Origin: Flaccisagitta enflata
Taxonomy: Eukaryota
Assembly (NCBI GenBank): GCA_965153355.1
Contig: OZ231126.1
Coordinates: 44,144,001-44,208,000, forward strand
Direction of reading: 5' to 3'
DNA length: 64,000 bases
Position 1 is the first letter of the stretch; the number at the start of each line of letters is the position of its first letter. A model generated the notes under the pieces. That model was not told the origin of the DNA. It searched no databases and was given only the letters and a program-made list of their open reading frames with translations. A program made the translations under genes and the position numbers. Shown piece by piece: positions 61,679-64,000 of this stretch.

Positions 61679-61803
61679 AGGCTTAAGTCGTAGCGTAGAA
61701 AAGTTGCGTAGGCTAACGTCGGATTTTTTTCGTTAAGACTGCGCGATAAGAACGCTGATTGTAGAGATAGTTGCGTAACGTAGAAAGTACGAAAACGGGA
61801 AAG

Positions 61804-61935
61804 ATGTCAGCTGTCGAAAGCAACGATCAGCACCGCAAGCTTTTCATCGGCGGTCTCAGTTACAAGACTACGAAGGAAACGCTACACGAATATTATGAGC
61901 AATGGGGAGAACTCGTCGACTCTGTTGTCATGCAG
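61804..61935 (+). CDS. hnRNPA1: hnRNP A/B family protein (hnRNPA1 / Hrb98DE-Hrb87F-like), first coding exon
   Basis: [44 protein letters not shown] (RNP2 LFIGGL); donor CAG|GTTTGT, phase 0; symbol is a family-level call. Confidence 0.92.
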
Positions 61936-62220
61936 GTTTGTCAAAACTGTTAGATCGCGTCCTCTTCTGAAAGGTTGTGTCATAACGCCCGCAGGTGTTG
62001 CTTTTTTATATCAAGGTGTCAGAAAAATGGTTGACTAGATATAGTTTTTACTGTGAGCGATCAGGCGTTCATATTTTGGAGGCGCGGGGCGCGCCGCGCC
62101 TCGGAACATGAGGAAGCTTGTCGGAAGGAAAGGAAGGAGAAGGGAAAGGGGAAAAAGAAAAGGAAGGAAAGGAAAGGAAGAAAGAGGGGAAAGAGAGGAA
62201 AGAAGAAAAAGAAAAAAAGA

Positions 62221-62293
<73 letters not shown>

Positions 62294-63085
62294 GAGAGAC
62301 AGAGACAGAGATATCAAATCGTCAGGTAGAGGATTTTGTGACTGTCATCAAAGCAGCATGAGTCTGTTTTATCTATCTTGGTGCCTGTAAAGCAAAAAAG
62401 TTTTTCTTCTCATTTTCTGTGTCATTTTTTCTCGTTTTGATTGTTAGTAAACACTCTCATAAAAGCAACATCGCATGTGTTGGCACTTTCAGTCAAAAGT
62501 TAGGTAGACAGATAGACAAACAGACTATTTTTTTTGAAAGGACCCTTGAACTAGCTGTTAGCCTGCTTACTTCAAGTTTCTTCCGAAATGTAATAAACGC
62601 TAAATACTCCTATGAAACAACTTTGAAACAGACAGACGAACCAACTGACTGACAGATTGGCTGACTGCCAGAACAATAGACTGACCTAGAAGTGCTTGTC
62701 GATGCCTTAAATCCGCTGGGAGGGGGGGGGGAACACAATTATATACAGGCCTGAGTTTTTTAAGTGTCTTTAAAACGTCAAAAATGCCTTTGAATTACTT
62801 TGCACTTGACAGATGGACAGATGGAATGACTGACTGGAAAGTTAATTCAAGAGTTGCATAGCACAGGACAAAAAATGGCATGTCGGAAACTTGGTCAGAG
62901 AAAATTGTGCGCCTCGGAAGATTTGCAAAATATGAACGCCTGTGAGCGATTATTTCGGACTGTATATTTACGATTACGTGGTTAAGTCATTTAGGAGTTA
63001 AGAGCATACTAACGATTAAAAGTGAGCTAAGATATGCATATATCATTTGGAACTTAAACTTATCGTCCGACTTATTTCTTCCTAG

Positions 63086-63453
63086 GACAAGCTGACCTCT
63101 AAATCACGTGGTTTCGGCTTCGTCACCTACCGACGCGGCGATGGTCTCGAAAAAGCCATGGCCGACCGTCCGCATGAAATTGACGGGAAGCGGGTGGATC
63201 CGAAACGCGCCATCCCCAAGGAAATGGGAAAAGAATCCGGCAAGATGGACGCGTACATGAGCGTGAGGAAGATCTTCGTCGGCGGAATACGCGACAAGCC
63301 CATCACTGAGGAAGACTTGAAGCAGTATTTCTCGCGATTCGGCGAAATCAAGGATTGCATCATAATGACCGACAAGACGACCCAAAAAAGTCGCGGGTTT
63401 GCCTTTGTCGTTTTCGATGACTACGACTCCGTCGACAAGATTGTAATCCAGCG
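63086..63453 (+). CDS. hnRNPA1: hnRNP A/B family protein, second coding exon (rest of RRM1, most of RRM2); gene continues beyond the window
   Basis: Acceptor tttcttcctAG; DKLTSKSRGFGFVTY...RPHEIDGKRVDPKRAIP...KIFVGGI...SRGFAFVVFDDYDSVDKIVIQ; donor CG|GTTAGT at 63454. Confidence 0.94.
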
Positions 63454-63629
63454 GTTAGTGAACTGATAGTGCTGTGCTGTGTTGAATGCAGGGATGACGT
63501 ACGCTCTTTTTAGTTGCGGACACACAACTCTTATTATAAGAGGCTTTGTCCGTAAAAGAACAAAAAAAAGAAAAAAAAAGAAAGAAAAAGAAGGGAGAAA
63601 AAAAATAAAAGAAAGAAACAACAAAAGAA

Positions 63630-63815
63630 AACAAGGCCGGATACACGGCTACCGAAGTCGCGTGCGGGTGGGCAGGGGCCATATTTGAGGTCACCAGACC
63701 ATTTAGGCAGGAGCAGTGAGGTCAAAGAAATGAAATTATAAAAAAAGTAAAGTGTGACCAACCCTCCGACCGAAGGACAAAGCGGGTTGTAGAGTCGCGT
63801 GCACGCGACTAAAAA
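63630..63815 (-). mobile_element. HINE-like family A short variant in hnRNP intron 2
   Basis: aacaaggccggatacacggc...gggtgggcaggggcc...agagtcgcgtgcacgcgactaaaaa; many relatives in the window (e.g. 30736, 35208, 35829, 36097, 48603, 58905). Confidence 0.72.
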
Positions 63816-64000
63816 GAAAGAAAAATAGAAAGAAAAAAAAAGAAAGAAAAAAAGAAAGGAAAAAAGAAAGGAAAAAAAGAAAGAAAGAATAAAAGAAAAA
63901 AAGAATAAAAGAAAGGAATATAGAAAGAAAGAAAAGAAAAAAGAAAGCATCAGGGATTTATTGGGTCGGAAATTTCAAAACTCTTTTTTTTAGGTTAATA

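Overview
Repeat-rich, AT-rich animal genomic DNA, probably from an arthropod (crustacean-like; this is inference). Only two host genes are supportable. The first is the last two exons of a paired C2H2 zinc-finger gene (+, 2739-3784). The second is the first two exons of an hnRNP A/B (hnRNPA1/Hrb98DE-like) gene (+, 61804-63453), which has an RFX X-box-like palindrome beside an Inr. Between them lie microsatellites and stacked transposons: two families of Helentron-like non-autonomous elements (HINE/DINE-1-like), TA-flanked foldback MITEs, hAT-like (8-bp TSD), MULE-like (9-bp TSD) and Chapaev-like (CAC ends, 4-bp TSD) elements, a HERO-like RLE retrotransposon fragment and a LINE 3' fragment. The most interesting object is a decayed I/Jockey-group LINE (-, about 49.3-56.5 kb) with zinc-knuckle ORF1 and APE-RT ORF2. 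It is followed on the same strand by an extra ~350-aa reading frame that shows codon-level evidence of selection and looks by eye like a catalytically dead SGNH-fold protein. Most ORFs in the supplied track are artefacts of simple or tandem repeats.
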